64,000 nt of DNA from Verrucomicrobiota bacterium (GTDB lineage Bacteria; Verrucomicrobiota; Verrucomicrobiia; Limisphaerales; Palsa-1400), in NCBI GenBank assembly GCA_049510745.1, contig JBEKYR010000012.1:4094-68093 (forward strand), written 5' to 3'. The notes beneath the pieces are model-generated. The model did no database searches. It saw nothing but the letters and a program-made list of their open reading frames with translations, and was not told where the DNA came from. The position numbers and the translations under genes are program-made. Shown here one piece after another: positions 1-8,377 of this stretch; position 1 is the stretch's first letter; each line of letters opens with the position of its first letter.

Positions 1-2
1 TG

Positions 3-1454
3 CGCGATTTCCGGTCCATTCGACCGGTGCCTCCGCCGCAAGGTCTGCAAGCCAGCCTGCGCGGCTACCAGCAAGAGGGCCTCAATTGGCTGCAATTCCT
101 CCGCGACTACGGCCTGGGCGGCATCCTGGCCGATGACATGGGCCTGGGCAAAACCGTCCAGGCCCTGGCCCATCTGCTGGAGGAAAAAAACAGCGGCCGC
201 GCCGACCGCCCCAGCCTGGTCGTCGCCCCCACCAGCCTGATGACCAACTGGCGCCAGGAAACCGAGCGGTTTGCCCCCGCCCTCAAGCTCCTGGTGCTGC
301 ACGGCCAGGACCGCAAGGAGCACTTCGAGAAACTGCGCGACTACGACCTCATCGTCACCTCCTATCCCCTTCTGCCCCGCGACGAGGCCGTCCTCCTCAA
401 GGAACAATTCCACCTGGTTATACTTGACGAAGCCCAGTTCATCAAGAACCCCAAGACCAAGTACGCCCAGATCGTCTGCCAGTTGCGCGCCCGCCATCCC
501 CTCTGCCTCACCGGCACCCCCATGGAAAACCACCTCGGCGAACTCTGGTCCCAGTTCAACTTCCTCCTCCCCGGTTTCCTGGGCGACGAAGCCCGCTTTC
601 GCAAGCTCTTCCGCAACCCGATTGAAAAGGGCGGCGACACCGACCGCCGCGAGATGCTGGCCCGGCGCATCGCCCCCTTTGTCCTGCGCCGGCGCAAGGA
701 GCAGGTCGCCCGGGAATTGCCGCCGAAAACCGAGATCACCCAGAACGTCGAGCTGGCCGGCGCCCAGCGCGACCTCTACGAAACCATCCGCCTGGCCATG
801 CACGCCCGTGTTCAGGAGGAAGTCCGGAACAAGGGCCTGTCGCGCTCGCATATTATTATTCTTGACGCCCTCCTCAAGCTCCGCCAGGTCTGCTGCGACC
901 CGCGCCTGGTCAAGCTCGACGCCGCCCGCGCCGTGGCCGAGTCGGCCAAGCTGGAGTTGTTGATGGACCTGGTGCCCGAAATGCTGGCCGAAGGCCGCCG
1001 CATCCTGTTGTTCTCGCAATTCACCAGCATGCTGGCGCTCATTCAGGAGGAACTGGCCAGGCAAACCATCCCCTTCGTCCTGCTGACCGGGGACACGGTG
1101 GATCGCGCCACACCCATCCAGCGTTTCCAGAGCGGCCAGGTTCCCCTCTTTCTCATCAGCCTCAAGGCCGGCGGCACCGGCCTGAACCTCACCGCCGCCG
1201 ACACCGTCATCCATTACGATCCCTGGTGGAATCCCGCCGTCGAGACCCAGGCCACCGACCGCGCCCACCGCATCGGCCAGACCAAGTCCGTTTTCGTTTA
1301 CAAACTGATTACGGTGGGGACTGTCGAGGAGAAAATCCTCGCCCTGCAAACCCGCAAGCGCGACCTGGTCGAAGGTTTGTTGAACGAAAGCCGCAAGGAG
1401 ATGCCGCAACTGACGCCGGAAGATTTGCAAGTGCTCTTCGCCCCGCTCGGCTGA
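3..1454 (+). CDS. SNF2-family (RapA/HepA-like) DNA-dependent ATPase/helicase, 5' end cut by window edge
   Basis: The frame is open from base 3, so the GTG at 27 in the ORF track is probably internal. Motifs: 'DDMGLGKT' (Walker A), '[11 protein letters not shown]' (DEAx box), '[41 protein letters not shown]' (helicase C). Confidence 0.9.
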   Translation, partial: RDFRSIRPVPPPQGLQASLRGYQQEGLNWLQFLRDYGLGGILADDMGLGKTVQALAHLLEEKNSGRADRPSLVVAPTSLMTNWRQETERFAPALKLLVLHGQDRKEHFEKLRDYDLIVTSYPLLPRDEAVLLKEQFHLVILDEAQFIKNPKTKYAQIVCQLRARHPLCLTGTPMENHLGELWSQFNFLLPGFLGDEARFRKLFRNPIEKGGDTDRREMLARRIAPFVLRRRKEQVARELPPKTEITQNVELAGAQRDLYETIRLAMHARVQEEVRNKGLSRSHIIILDALLKLRQVCCDPRLVKLDAARAVAESAKLELLMDLVPEMLAEGRRILLFSQFTSMLALIQEELARQTIPFVLLTGDTVDRATPIQRFQSGQVPLFLISLKAGGTGLNLTAADTVIHYDPWWNPAVETQATDRAHRIGQTKSVFVYKLITVGTVEEKILALQTRKRDLVEGLLNESRKEMPQLTPEDLQVLFAPLG

Positions 1455-1518
1455 CCGCCTTCGGTCCCTTTCGGCACAATCGGTCGGCGCTGACGCACCG
1501 CGCCAGAACCGGATTTGA

Positions 1519-1580
1519 CCACGGATTTCACTGATGACACGGATAGAAAATGACATCCGTGAAATCCGTGAAATCCGTGG
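1519..1580. repeat. Hairpin-forming element with three tandem 9-mers (aNatccgtg)
   Basis: 'ccacggatttcac' (1519-1531) is the reverse complement of the 'gtgaaatccgtgg' units at 1559-1580. The 9-mer is repeated three times in tandem (1553-1579). Confidence 0.7.
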
Positions 1581-1671
1581 TCTTTCTCAGTCCTGACGGA
1601 GGGAAGCGGCGAAAATTTCAGCGGGGAGCCATCTCTTCCGCCAAACTATATTGCACTGCCGAGTTTTGCAG

Positions 1672-1820
1672 CCCGGCCATTTATGGCCGGGAACAACGCG
1701 ATCCTATTTTCCAAGTCCCGTCAGGGACGAAAGAAATCCACGGTCGTGCGAACATTTCTTTCGTCCCTGACGGGACTTGATTGGTTTGTTGGACGCTTTA
1801 CCCAGCCATAAATGGCTGGG
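1672..1820. repeat. Composite palindromic (REP-like) element: two 20-bp palindromes flanking a 23-bp-arm perfect hairpin
   Basis: Palindrome 'cccggccat tt atggccggg' at 1672-1691. Perfect inverted repeat 'gtcccgtcagggacgaaagaaat' (1715-1737) paired with 'atttctttcgtccctgacgggac' (1754-1776). Palindrome 'cccagccat aa atggctggg' at 1801-1820. Confidence 0.8.
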
Positions 1821-2246
1821 CTATTTTCAAAGCAAGGGCTTCCGCGCTGCGTTGGCTTCCGCCTCGGCTTTCCTGAAATTCAAATCCGGTTGGTGGTCGG
1901 GATGCTCGGCGCGCTGCGTCTGGTTCAACAAGCCTTCGATGGTCAGCAGCACACGCGGATATGATCGTCGCGTTTGTCGCCAAGGTCATCCCACTTGAGC
2001 TTATGAAGCGTCAGGCCCAGGAACCTGGCGTTTTTGGGTGGGTTGCCGGCGTCGGCCCGTTGCGCCGGTTTGTCCCTGTCGCCTAAACATCCCCCGATTT
2101 CCCAGCGCCGGGCCGGATCAGAAGAAACGCATCCGCCTTCGCCGTGGCTACGGCGGACGAGAAGGGATAGGGCGCGAAGACGCAAAGCAAAGCTGGCTTC
2201 CTTGCGTCCCCACGCGCCCAGTAAAGAATAACGGTCCTGCGCTTGC

Positions 2247-2855
2247 TTACGCGGCGCGGCGGCGGAGGAACCGCCCCAAGCCGCACAGACCAAAGAGCGT
2301 CGCGGTCACGGTTGCCATCCCAGGTCCCGCGTCGGGAACGGTCGCGGCCGTCACGCTCACGTCATCGAGAGCGATGTAAGACGGCGCGTTTCGTCCGGCA
2401 AAGGCAATGGTAGTTGGCCCCGTGGCCGTTTCAACGAAGTTGTAATCCGTCCAACCAAAATCTCCGATGGCGGGATCGATTTGTAGAACCGTGCTGTTCC
2501 CCCAACTGACGTCAAGATACGAGCCATTTTTCCCTTCCACGCTGTTCACCCAAAAGTTGAAGTCATACGTAACTCCGTTGACCGTCGGCACGGTCTGGGA
2601 CAGAGTATCATTTAAACCTTCATTGGCTCCGAATCCGGCCAGGTAATTCCCGCTGTGAGGGAATTGGCCACCGTATTGGGCCGGGATTTCGGTCAGGATT
2701 TGGAAGCCGCTTCCCGAGGCCGCCGGGGTCAAGGTCCAGTCGGTGGTGTTTCCGGTTTCAAAACCGGGATTTTGAACCAGATTTTGCGCCTGGCTTGCCA
2801 CGGCGGCAAACACCGAAGTCAGCGCCAACGAAAGCAGTTTCCGAGAATGTGTCAT
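2247..2855 (-). CDS. Secreted PEP-CTERM-anchored protein with carbohydrate-binding-like (DUF642/CBM-like) domain
   Basis: N-terminal signal peptide 'MTHSRKLLSLALTSVFAAVASQAQ'. Domain opening 'NLVQNPGFETGNTTDW'. C-terminus 'VPDAGPG' followed by a hydrophobic helix and 'RFLRRRAA', the classic PEP-CTERM layout. Confidence 0.8.
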   Translation of the reverse strand: MTHSRKLLSLALTSVFAAVASQAQNLVQNPGFETGNTTDWTLTPAASGSGFQILTEIPAQYGGQFPHSGNYLAGFGANEGLNDTLSQTVPTVNGVTYDFNFWVNSVEGKNGSYLDVSWGNSTVLQIDPAIGDFGWTDYNFVETATGPTTIAFAGRNAPSYIALDDVSVTAATVPDAGPGMATVTATLFGLCGLGRFLRRRAA

Positions 2856-3285
2856 AATCTTTTAGGTTTTTGTTTTCAGCATGTTGTCACCCAAGGCGTC
2901 ATAAAACCTCTTAGGCAGAACATATTTGGCTCGCACCAGCAAACCTTATGCAAAATTATTAGCATACATTATTCCAATTCCAGCCATCCACTGATTCTCG
3001 GATGCGTAAAACGTGTAAGACTCTGATTCTCAACATGTTCTAAGCATCATAATTCTGCCGCACGATGCCCAGACTTCACGATGCTTTCCTGGTAAACTGT
3101 AAACAATCCCGACGCCCGTGCTGCGAATCATCTCAATTCATGTTCATAAGCAATTGAACATAAACTGCATGCATACTATTCACAAAACCGTCAACCTTCC
3201 TTACGCTTGGGCGGGTACCCGGCAACGGCCCTGGCGAAAAACGCCGGTGTGCTTCCGCCGAGAATAGTGTATCGTCAATTCCAGG

Positions 3286-4674
3286 ATGGTTGTGCTTGGC
3301 CTGATTGTGACCGTCGCGGGCGTTTGGGTGCCCGCTTCCAATTTGCGGGAGCGGCTGCCGAGATCGCAGGCGGCGGTTTTGCGCCGGTGGCTCCGCCTCT
3401 GGGCCATCAAGGGATGGGCCGCACCGGTTTTGCTCTGGCTGATTTTTAACACGAGTTTTTCCGACTCGTTTCCTCCCCTGATGGCGCAAATTCAAGCGGC
3501 GCCGCGCGGTCTGGCCACGGTGGCGGCCTTTCTCGAGGTGGCGGGGATCGGTTTCTGCGTCATCGCTTCTTATTGGGCGGCGGTTACTTTGGGATGGTTG
3601 TTGCGGGTGCTGGAGGCGCAGGCGTTGGACCGGCTTCAATTCAGACGCACCGTGCTGGAATTGTCTGTTTTCCTGGTGCCGCTGGCCGTGCTGATCGTCT
3701 GCGCTTTTGGCGTGGAATCTGCCGGAGTGGCCGGCGTGGTTTGGCTGGGGCCGATTGTGCAAACGGTCATCCCCCTGGTTTTCCGGGAGAGAACCGCGCC
3801 GCTCTATACCCGCGCGATAATCAAAATGCTCGGGGACAAGCACCGGGAGGCCGAATTGGCCGTGATCGAGGAATTGGAACAATGGGAGGATGATTTCAAC
3901 GGCTGGTTGATGCTGGCCGAGCTTTACGCCAATCACTTCGACGATCTGGCCGGGGCCGATCGAGTCATCCGCGACACTTGCGCGCAAGCCAGCACCAGCG
4001 CCTCCGAGGTTTGCGTCGCCTTCAATCGTTTGGCCGACTGGCACTTGAACCTGGCCGACGACCCGGTCGCCGCGCGCGAGGCCCTGGAGGAAATCTGCCG
4101 GCGCTTCCCGGAAACCCACATGGGCCGGATGGCCCGGCAGCGCATCAATCAATTGCCCGCCAGCCGGGAAGAACTGATCGCCCAGCGAACCCCCAAACCG
4201 ATCCGGCTCCCCGCCCTGGGCAGCACCCTCGACCATCCCGCCGGCGTCCCAGCCTCGCGCTCCGAACGGAGAGAAGCGGCCGACCGAGCGAACGAGTGCG
4301 TGCAGAAGCTCCAAAAAAATCCCGACGACATGGCTGTCCGGGAAGAACTGGCCCGGATTCTGGCCGAACGCCTGGACAAGGCCGGCGCCGCCATCGAGCA
4401 GATCGAACTGCTGTTGAACATGCCGGAGGCGTCCGCCAGCCAGGCCGCCCGGTGGATGGGACTGGTGGCGGCCTGGCAAATCAAGTATCAGGGCGATGTC
4501 CAAAAAGGCCGCGAGACCATGGAACGGTTGGTCCGCCTTTATCCGCAAAGCACCGAGGCTTTCGGGGCCCAACGCCGGCTTGCCCTGATGGAATTGGAGG
4601 CCAAAATCCGCGCCGCGCGCTCCGCCGCCAATCCCGCGCGGGAGAAACCCATCTCGTTGTCGCTCTCGTTTTGA
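3286..4674 (+). CDS. Polytopic membrane protein with C-terminal TPR-like helical repeats
   Basis: Several hydrophobic helices lie in the first ~190 aa, followed by helical repeats ('GWLMLAELYANHFDDLAGADRVIRD', 'RLVRLYPQSTEAFGAQRRLALMELE'). The antisense 676-aa ORF looks like an Arg/Gly/Pro-rich shadow. Confidence 0.7.
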   Translation: MVVLGLIVTVAGVWVPASNLRERLPRSQAAVLRRWLRLWAIKGWAAPVLLWLIFNTSFSDSFPPLMAQIQAAPRGLATVAAFLEVAGIGFCVIASYWAAVTLGWLLRVLEAQALDRLQFRRTVLELSVFLVPLAVLIVCAFGVESAGVAGVVWLGPIVQTVIPLVFRERTAPLYTRAIIKMLGDKHREAELAVIEELEQWEDDFNGWLMLAELYANHFDDLAGADRVIRDTCAQASTSASEVCVAFNRLADWHLNLADDPVAAREALEEICRRFPETHMGRMARQRINQLPASREELIAQRTPKPIRLPALGSTLDHPAGVPASRSERREAADRANECVQKLQKNPDDMAVREELARILAERLDKAGAAIEQIELLLNMPEASASQAARWMGLVAAWQIKYQGDVQKGRETMERLVRLYPQSTEAFGAQRRLALMELEAKIRAARSAANPAREKPISLSLSF

Positions 4675-4700
4675 GGCCGCTTCTCCCCGCCTGTCATCGC

Positions 4701-6233
4701 TTAATCCGTCCGGCTGGTGAAGCGGCGGTGCCGGGTGAAGACCGGGCGCAAGGCCAGCGATAATTCGTCCTGGATGGATTGCAACTCGCGATAGACCGAG
4801 ACGGCGGCCTTGGCCGGGCGCGCGATCTCGCTCTTGTTCAAACGCACGAAACGCGCAGTGATGTCGTTGATCTTGACGCGTTCGCCGCGCTGCTGGCGCC
4901 AGCACCACAGGGCCTGCAGGGCCGCCCCGTAGGCGGCGCCTTCGCTCACTTTGATGGTGACGACTTCCGCGTCGAAAACATCGGCCATGATCTGCCGCCA
5001 GAATTTGGATTTGGCCCCGCCGCCGGTGACGCGGATTTGGCGCGGCTTGACGCCCAGTTCGCGCAGGCGGCGCAAGCCGTAATTCATCCCCAGCGTGACT
5101 CCTTCCATGGCGGCGCGCGAGAAATGAGCGGCGGTGAAAGTTTTCTGGTTGGCGCCCAGCCAAACGCCAGTGCCGTGCGGGACGTTGGGGGTGCGCTCGC
5201 CTTCCAGGTAAGGCAGCAGGAGCAGGCCGCCGGAGCCGGCCGGGGCCTTGGCCGCCTCGGCCGCGAACTGCTCGTGAGTCAAGCCGAAATCCGCGCGCAC
5301 CATTTCGGTCGCGACGGTCACGTTCATGGTGCAGAGCAGCGGCAGCCAGCGGTTGGTGGAATCGCAGAAGGCGGCGATTTCCCCCAGCGGATCAATGACC
5401 GGCCGTTCCGAGCAGGCGTAAATCGTGCCGCTGGTGCCGAAGCTGGCCGTGACCACGCCCGCCAGCGTGTTGCCCGTGCCGATGGCCCCCATCATGTTGT
5501 CGCCGCCGCCGGCGCTGACCAGGACTTTCGTGCCCAGGCCCAGTTCGCGCGCCGTTTCGTCGCGCAAATGCCCGGCGGGCTGGTCGCTGCCGATCAGCGG
5601 GGGCAAAGCGCGCTCCAACTCCGGGTCGATGGCCTGGAGGACGGCGCGGGACCACTGGCGCTTTTTCACGTCGAGCAGGGCGGTGCCGCTGGCGTCGCCA
5701 AATTCCATGACCTTGTTGCCTGTCAACCAGAAATTCAAGTAATCGTGCGGCAGCAGCACGGTGGCCAGGCGGGCAAAATTCTTCGGCTCCTTGCGTTTGA
5801 GCCAGAGAATTTTGGAAGCGGTGAAGCCGGGCAGGATGGCGTTGCCGATTTCCTCGATGGCCGCCTTGACGCCGCCCAGTTTTTGCGTGATTAGGTCGCA
5901 CTCCGCCGCGGTCGAAGTGTCGCACCAAAGTTTGGCGGGCCGAATGACTTCGCCCTCCTTGTCCAGGGGCACAAAGCCGTGCTGCTGGCCGCTGACGCCG
6001 ATGGCGGCGACTTCGCCGGCGGAAGCGCCGGCCTTCTTGAGGGCGTCGCGGATGGCTTTGGCGGCGGCATCGCGCCAGGTGCGGGGATGCTGCTCCTTGG
6101 CGCCGGGGGGCAGGCCGGGGATCAAATCATAAGCGCGCGCCGCCTCGCCGACGACGGCGCCGTCGCGGGCATTGACGACCAGGACTTTGGTGGACTGGGT
6201 GCCACTATCGATGCCAAGAATAAGGGTGCGCAT
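4701..6233 (-). CDS. xylB: Xylulokinase (FGGY carbohydrate kinase)
   Basis: 'MRTLILGIDSGTQSTKVLVV', 'GVSGQQHGFVPLD', 'GGGDNMMGAIGTGN' and 'VTGGGAKSKFWRQIMADVF'. The ATG at 6233 is preferred over the TTG at 6239. Confidence 0.92.
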   Translation of the reverse strand: MRTLILGIDSGTQSTKVLVVNARDGAVVGEAARAYDLIPGLPPGAKEQHPRTWRDAAAKAIRDALKKAGASAGEVAAIGVSGQQHGFVPLDKEGEVIRPAKLWCDTSTAAECDLITQKLGGVKAAIEEIGNAILPGFTASKILWLKRKEPKNFARLATVLLPHDYLNFWLTGNKVMEFGDASGTALLDVKKRQWSRAVLQAIDPELERALPPLIGSDQPAGHLRDETARELGLGTKVLVSAGGGDNMMGAIGTGNTLAGVVTASFGTSGTIYACSERPVIDPLGEIAAFCDSTNRWLPLLCTMNVTVATEMVRADFGLTHEQFAAEAAKAPAGSGGLLLLPYLEGERTPNVPHGTGVWLGANQKTFTAAHFSRAAMEGVTLGMNYGLRRLRELGVKPRQIRVTGGGAKSKFWRQIMADVFDAEVVTIKVSEGAAYGAALQALWCWRQQRGERVKINDITARFVRLNKSEIARPAKAAVSVYRELQSIQDELSLALRPVFTRHRRFTSRTD

Positions 6234-6263
6234 AAGCAAAAAAACTGGGAGGTTCGAGCCGGT

Positions 6264-6437
6264 TCAGTCGGTGTCGCACAACACGAACCCGATGAGGGCG
6301 GAGAGCGTAATGATGAAGGCCGTCCCTACGAGCCATTTGCTGACCAGGATCACGCCCCAAATGGAGAGCCAGACTCCAAAAATGGCAGTGGCAAAGAGAA
6401 TGATTTCACCGCGGCTGCGTTCCATAGATTTATTCAT
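6264..6437 (-). CDS. Small (57 aa) two-helix membrane protein upstream of xylB
   Basis: Not in the ORF track because it is under 60 aa. Hand translation: MNKSMERSRGEIILFATAIFGVWLSIWGVILVSKWLVGTAFIITLSALIGFVLCDTD*. It lies 24 bp upstream of xylB on the same strand. Confidence 0.4.
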   Translation of the reverse strand: MNKSMERSRGEIILFATAIFGVWLSIWGVILVSKWLVGTAFIITLSALIGFVLCDTD

Positions 6438-6527
6438 CTGGCGGAGATATTAAGGTGAATCGGCCCGGCAGGCAAGCTCATCTTGGCGGAGAGGTTCATA
6501 TTTCAAGGGGGGGAGCGGGGGCTCAAA

Positions 6528-6579
6528 CTACCTTAAATCACCTTAAACTACCTTAAATCACCTTAAATTGGCTTAAAGG
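6528..6579. repeat. Tandem 20-bp repeat x2 (10-bp sub-unit ccttaaaNNN x4-5)
   Basis: 'ctaccttaaatcaccttaaa' at 6528-6547 and again at 6548-6567, followed by the degenerate 'ttggcttaaagg'. Confidence 0.85.
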
Positions 6580-7069
6580 ATTGGGGGGTGCTTGAATGGG
6601 CCAAAACGACCGATGGGACCAATGGGACGAATGAACGACCCGCTGGCGGAGCGGCTGGAGCCATCCCTGCCTTGCCCGATGTGATGAGTATTTCATCGAT
6701 GGATGTAGTAACACAGAGTTATGGATGTTGGCAAGGGTATGTTTCAAGAAAAGAGGATTTAACCGCAGAGAACGCAAAGAGCGCAAAGAGAAGGGGTTAT
6801 GGAGTTTTTGCCCGCAACCCCGAGAGCTTTCGGGGTGCAATACGCGGATTGAATCCAGAACTCATCGAAAAGGCGGGCGAAAGATATTGGCGCGAGATTG
6901 ATCGCTATGCCGAGCTTTCCGAGTTTGTAGGTGAAGCCTGCCGACATCTTCGGCGCAGTCAGCGACGTCGAACTTTGATCCGCGCCTTTTGGCAACAGGC
7001 GGAGCTTTCTTTGTGATTTTGTATTACTCATTTATGCGAGCCTCAATAATTTCACCAGAACTTCCGGCG

Positions 7070-7807
7070 TCACTCTTTTGGAGTCGCGCCGGCCTCTTTC
7101 ACTCGCTTGGCAACAATCTCGGTCGTGGCGAAATCCTCCACTTTGCGCGTCAATTTGATTTCATCCCCAGAAATTTTGCCGGTGTAGTCAATAGTAATTG
7201 CCTGGTCCTGAATCTTGAGCGGCTCGGTGAAGGAAATGTCGCCACCGGTCACTTTGCCTGTGATGTCAGTGGTTGTCTTTTCTTCGTTCACCTCGCGCGT
7301 CGCCTTGCCGGTGAGTTTGCCGCCATCCACCTTGAATTCGTAAAGGTATTTTTGATGACCGACCTGGCTGTCGAATTCTGACTGCCATTTGCCCGCCGCG
7401 TCCGCTATTGCGCCAGACGCGCCTTCCTTGTCCCGCTTCGCAACGATTTCGTTGCTCCCGAAGTCCCCGACCTTGCGTGTAAATTTGATTTCATCACCCG
7501 TGACCTTGCCGGTATATTCGATGCGGAGATCCTGGTCTCCGGTCTTGACCAGTTCGACGAACGAAATCTCGTCGCCGTTGATTTTGCCCTCCTGGATCGC
7601 CACCGTGGCTTTTTCTCCGTCACGGTCGCGGAAGGCTTTGCCGGTGAGTTTGTCGCCCTCGGTTTTGAATTCATAGGTATATTTGAGGTGCCAGTCCTGG
7701 ACTTGAAACTCGGATTTCCACCTGCCATTCACGTCGGCGGCGCGAAGCGTGCCCAGCAGGCCAAGGAGCAGGACGGTGGAGAGAATTGAAGATGTCATTG
7801 CTTTCAT
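7070..7807 (-). CDS. Secreted beta-rich protein made of two tandem ~105-aa repeats
   Basis: Signal peptide 'MKAMTSSILSTVLLLGLLGTLRA'. Repeat 1 reads 'GRWKSEF...YTGKVTGDEIKFTRKVGDFGSNEIVAKR'. Repeat 2 reads 'GKWQSEF...YTGKISGDEIKLTRKVEDFATTEIVAKR'. Confidence 0.8.
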   Translation of the reverse strand: MKAMTSSILSTVLLLGLLGTLRAADVNGRWKSEFQVQDWHLKYTYEFKTEGDKLTGKAFRDRDGEKATVAIQEGKINGDEISFVELVKTGDQDLRIEYTGKVTGDEIKFTRKVGDFGSNEIVAKRDKEGASGAIADAAGKWQSEFDSQVGHQKYLYEFKVDGGKLTGKATREVNEEKTTTDITGKVTGGDISFTEPLKIQDQAITIDYTGKISGDEIKLTRKVEDFATTEIVAKRVKEAGATPKE

Positions 7808-8115
7808 AGAATTTAATTAGGCGTTGCTGGAATTATTCACCCGCCGCCTCGAAAATATCAATCCTTAAATGCCTGGGCGCCGAAGGCAATTGTTTCATGC
7901 CAGCAGTTTATCGTGGGACTTGGACAAATGCTGTCCAAGTCGAATGGTTGGCGGAAATCACAACTCGCTATTTTTGGACAGGTCGGAAAATGCACACCCA
8001 ATAAACCAGGGCTATCATCAAGGGTTGGATGGGAAGACGTGCCCACAAAAGCCAAGGCGCGATGTTTTCACCTTTCCAGCCATGCAGGGCTACATACAGG
8101 TTGGCTGGGAAATCG

Positions 8116-8289
8116 GTGGAGCAATGGGGCCTTTTTGAACTGGCATTGAAAGGCCCGACCAACGGCAATCCGTTTCTTGACGCAAGATTCTCCGCGCGCA
8201 TCCGGCAAGGAACCAGTTCGGTCGAGGCAAATGGCTTTTATGACGGTGACGCGCGTGCCCGGCGATTTTACGCTCAAGAACAGAGATGA
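8116..8289 (+). pseudogene. Remnant of the N-terminal (DUF5060-like) domain of a glycoside hydrolase
   Basis: 'VEQWGLFELALKGPTNGNPFLDARFSARIRQGTSSVEANGFYDGD' resembles the DUF5060 Ig-like N-domain signature (..NPFLD...F.....GFYDGDG). The frame then stops after about 58 aa and no catalytic domain follows. Confidence 0.35.
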
Positions 8290-8377
8290 TGGCACTTACG
8301 CCGATAAAAACGGGCCCAGCATTGCGTTGCCGGGCCATCCCTGCGTGGCGATTCGAGTGAAGCGGTTGAAGAACTGA

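Noticed and set aside
1940-2060. Minus-strand peptide 'NARFLGLTLHKLKWDDLG', a possible relic of a Fis-type HTH at the C-terminus of a sigma-54 activator
   Set aside because: The resemblance is short and gapped. No AAA+ region lies upstream in any frame. It cannot be supported without a database search.
3154-3182. Sigma-70-like promoter (TTGAAC - 17 nt - TATTCA) in the AT-rich divergent intergenic region 2856-3285
   Set aside because: The -10 match is weak and other spacings are equally arguable. The promoter consensus for this lineage is unknown to me, so this is not reported as a feature.
3133-5163. 676-aa antisense ORF spanning the TPR-membrane gene and part of xylB
   Set aside because: Its composition is Arg/Gly/Pro/His-rich and low in complexity. 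It overlaps two well-supported genes on opposite strands, xylB with clear FGGY motifs. This is a typical high-GC shadow ORF.
6245-6275. tRNA-like T-arm motif 'ggttcgagcc'
   Set aside because: No acceptor, anticodon or D-arm can be drawn around it, and it lies inside the xylB leader and the end of the small ORF. No tRNA was found anywhere in the window.
6588-7016. 142-aa ORF (and overlapping minus-strand ORFs 6553-6840, 6759-7031) as real genes
   Set aside because: All three read through tandem simple repeats ('TDGTNGTNE', 'ENAKSAKRR'). They are mutually exclusive, and there is no RBS or homology that I can recognise. Only the 3' third looks protein-like, which is insufficient to call a CDS.
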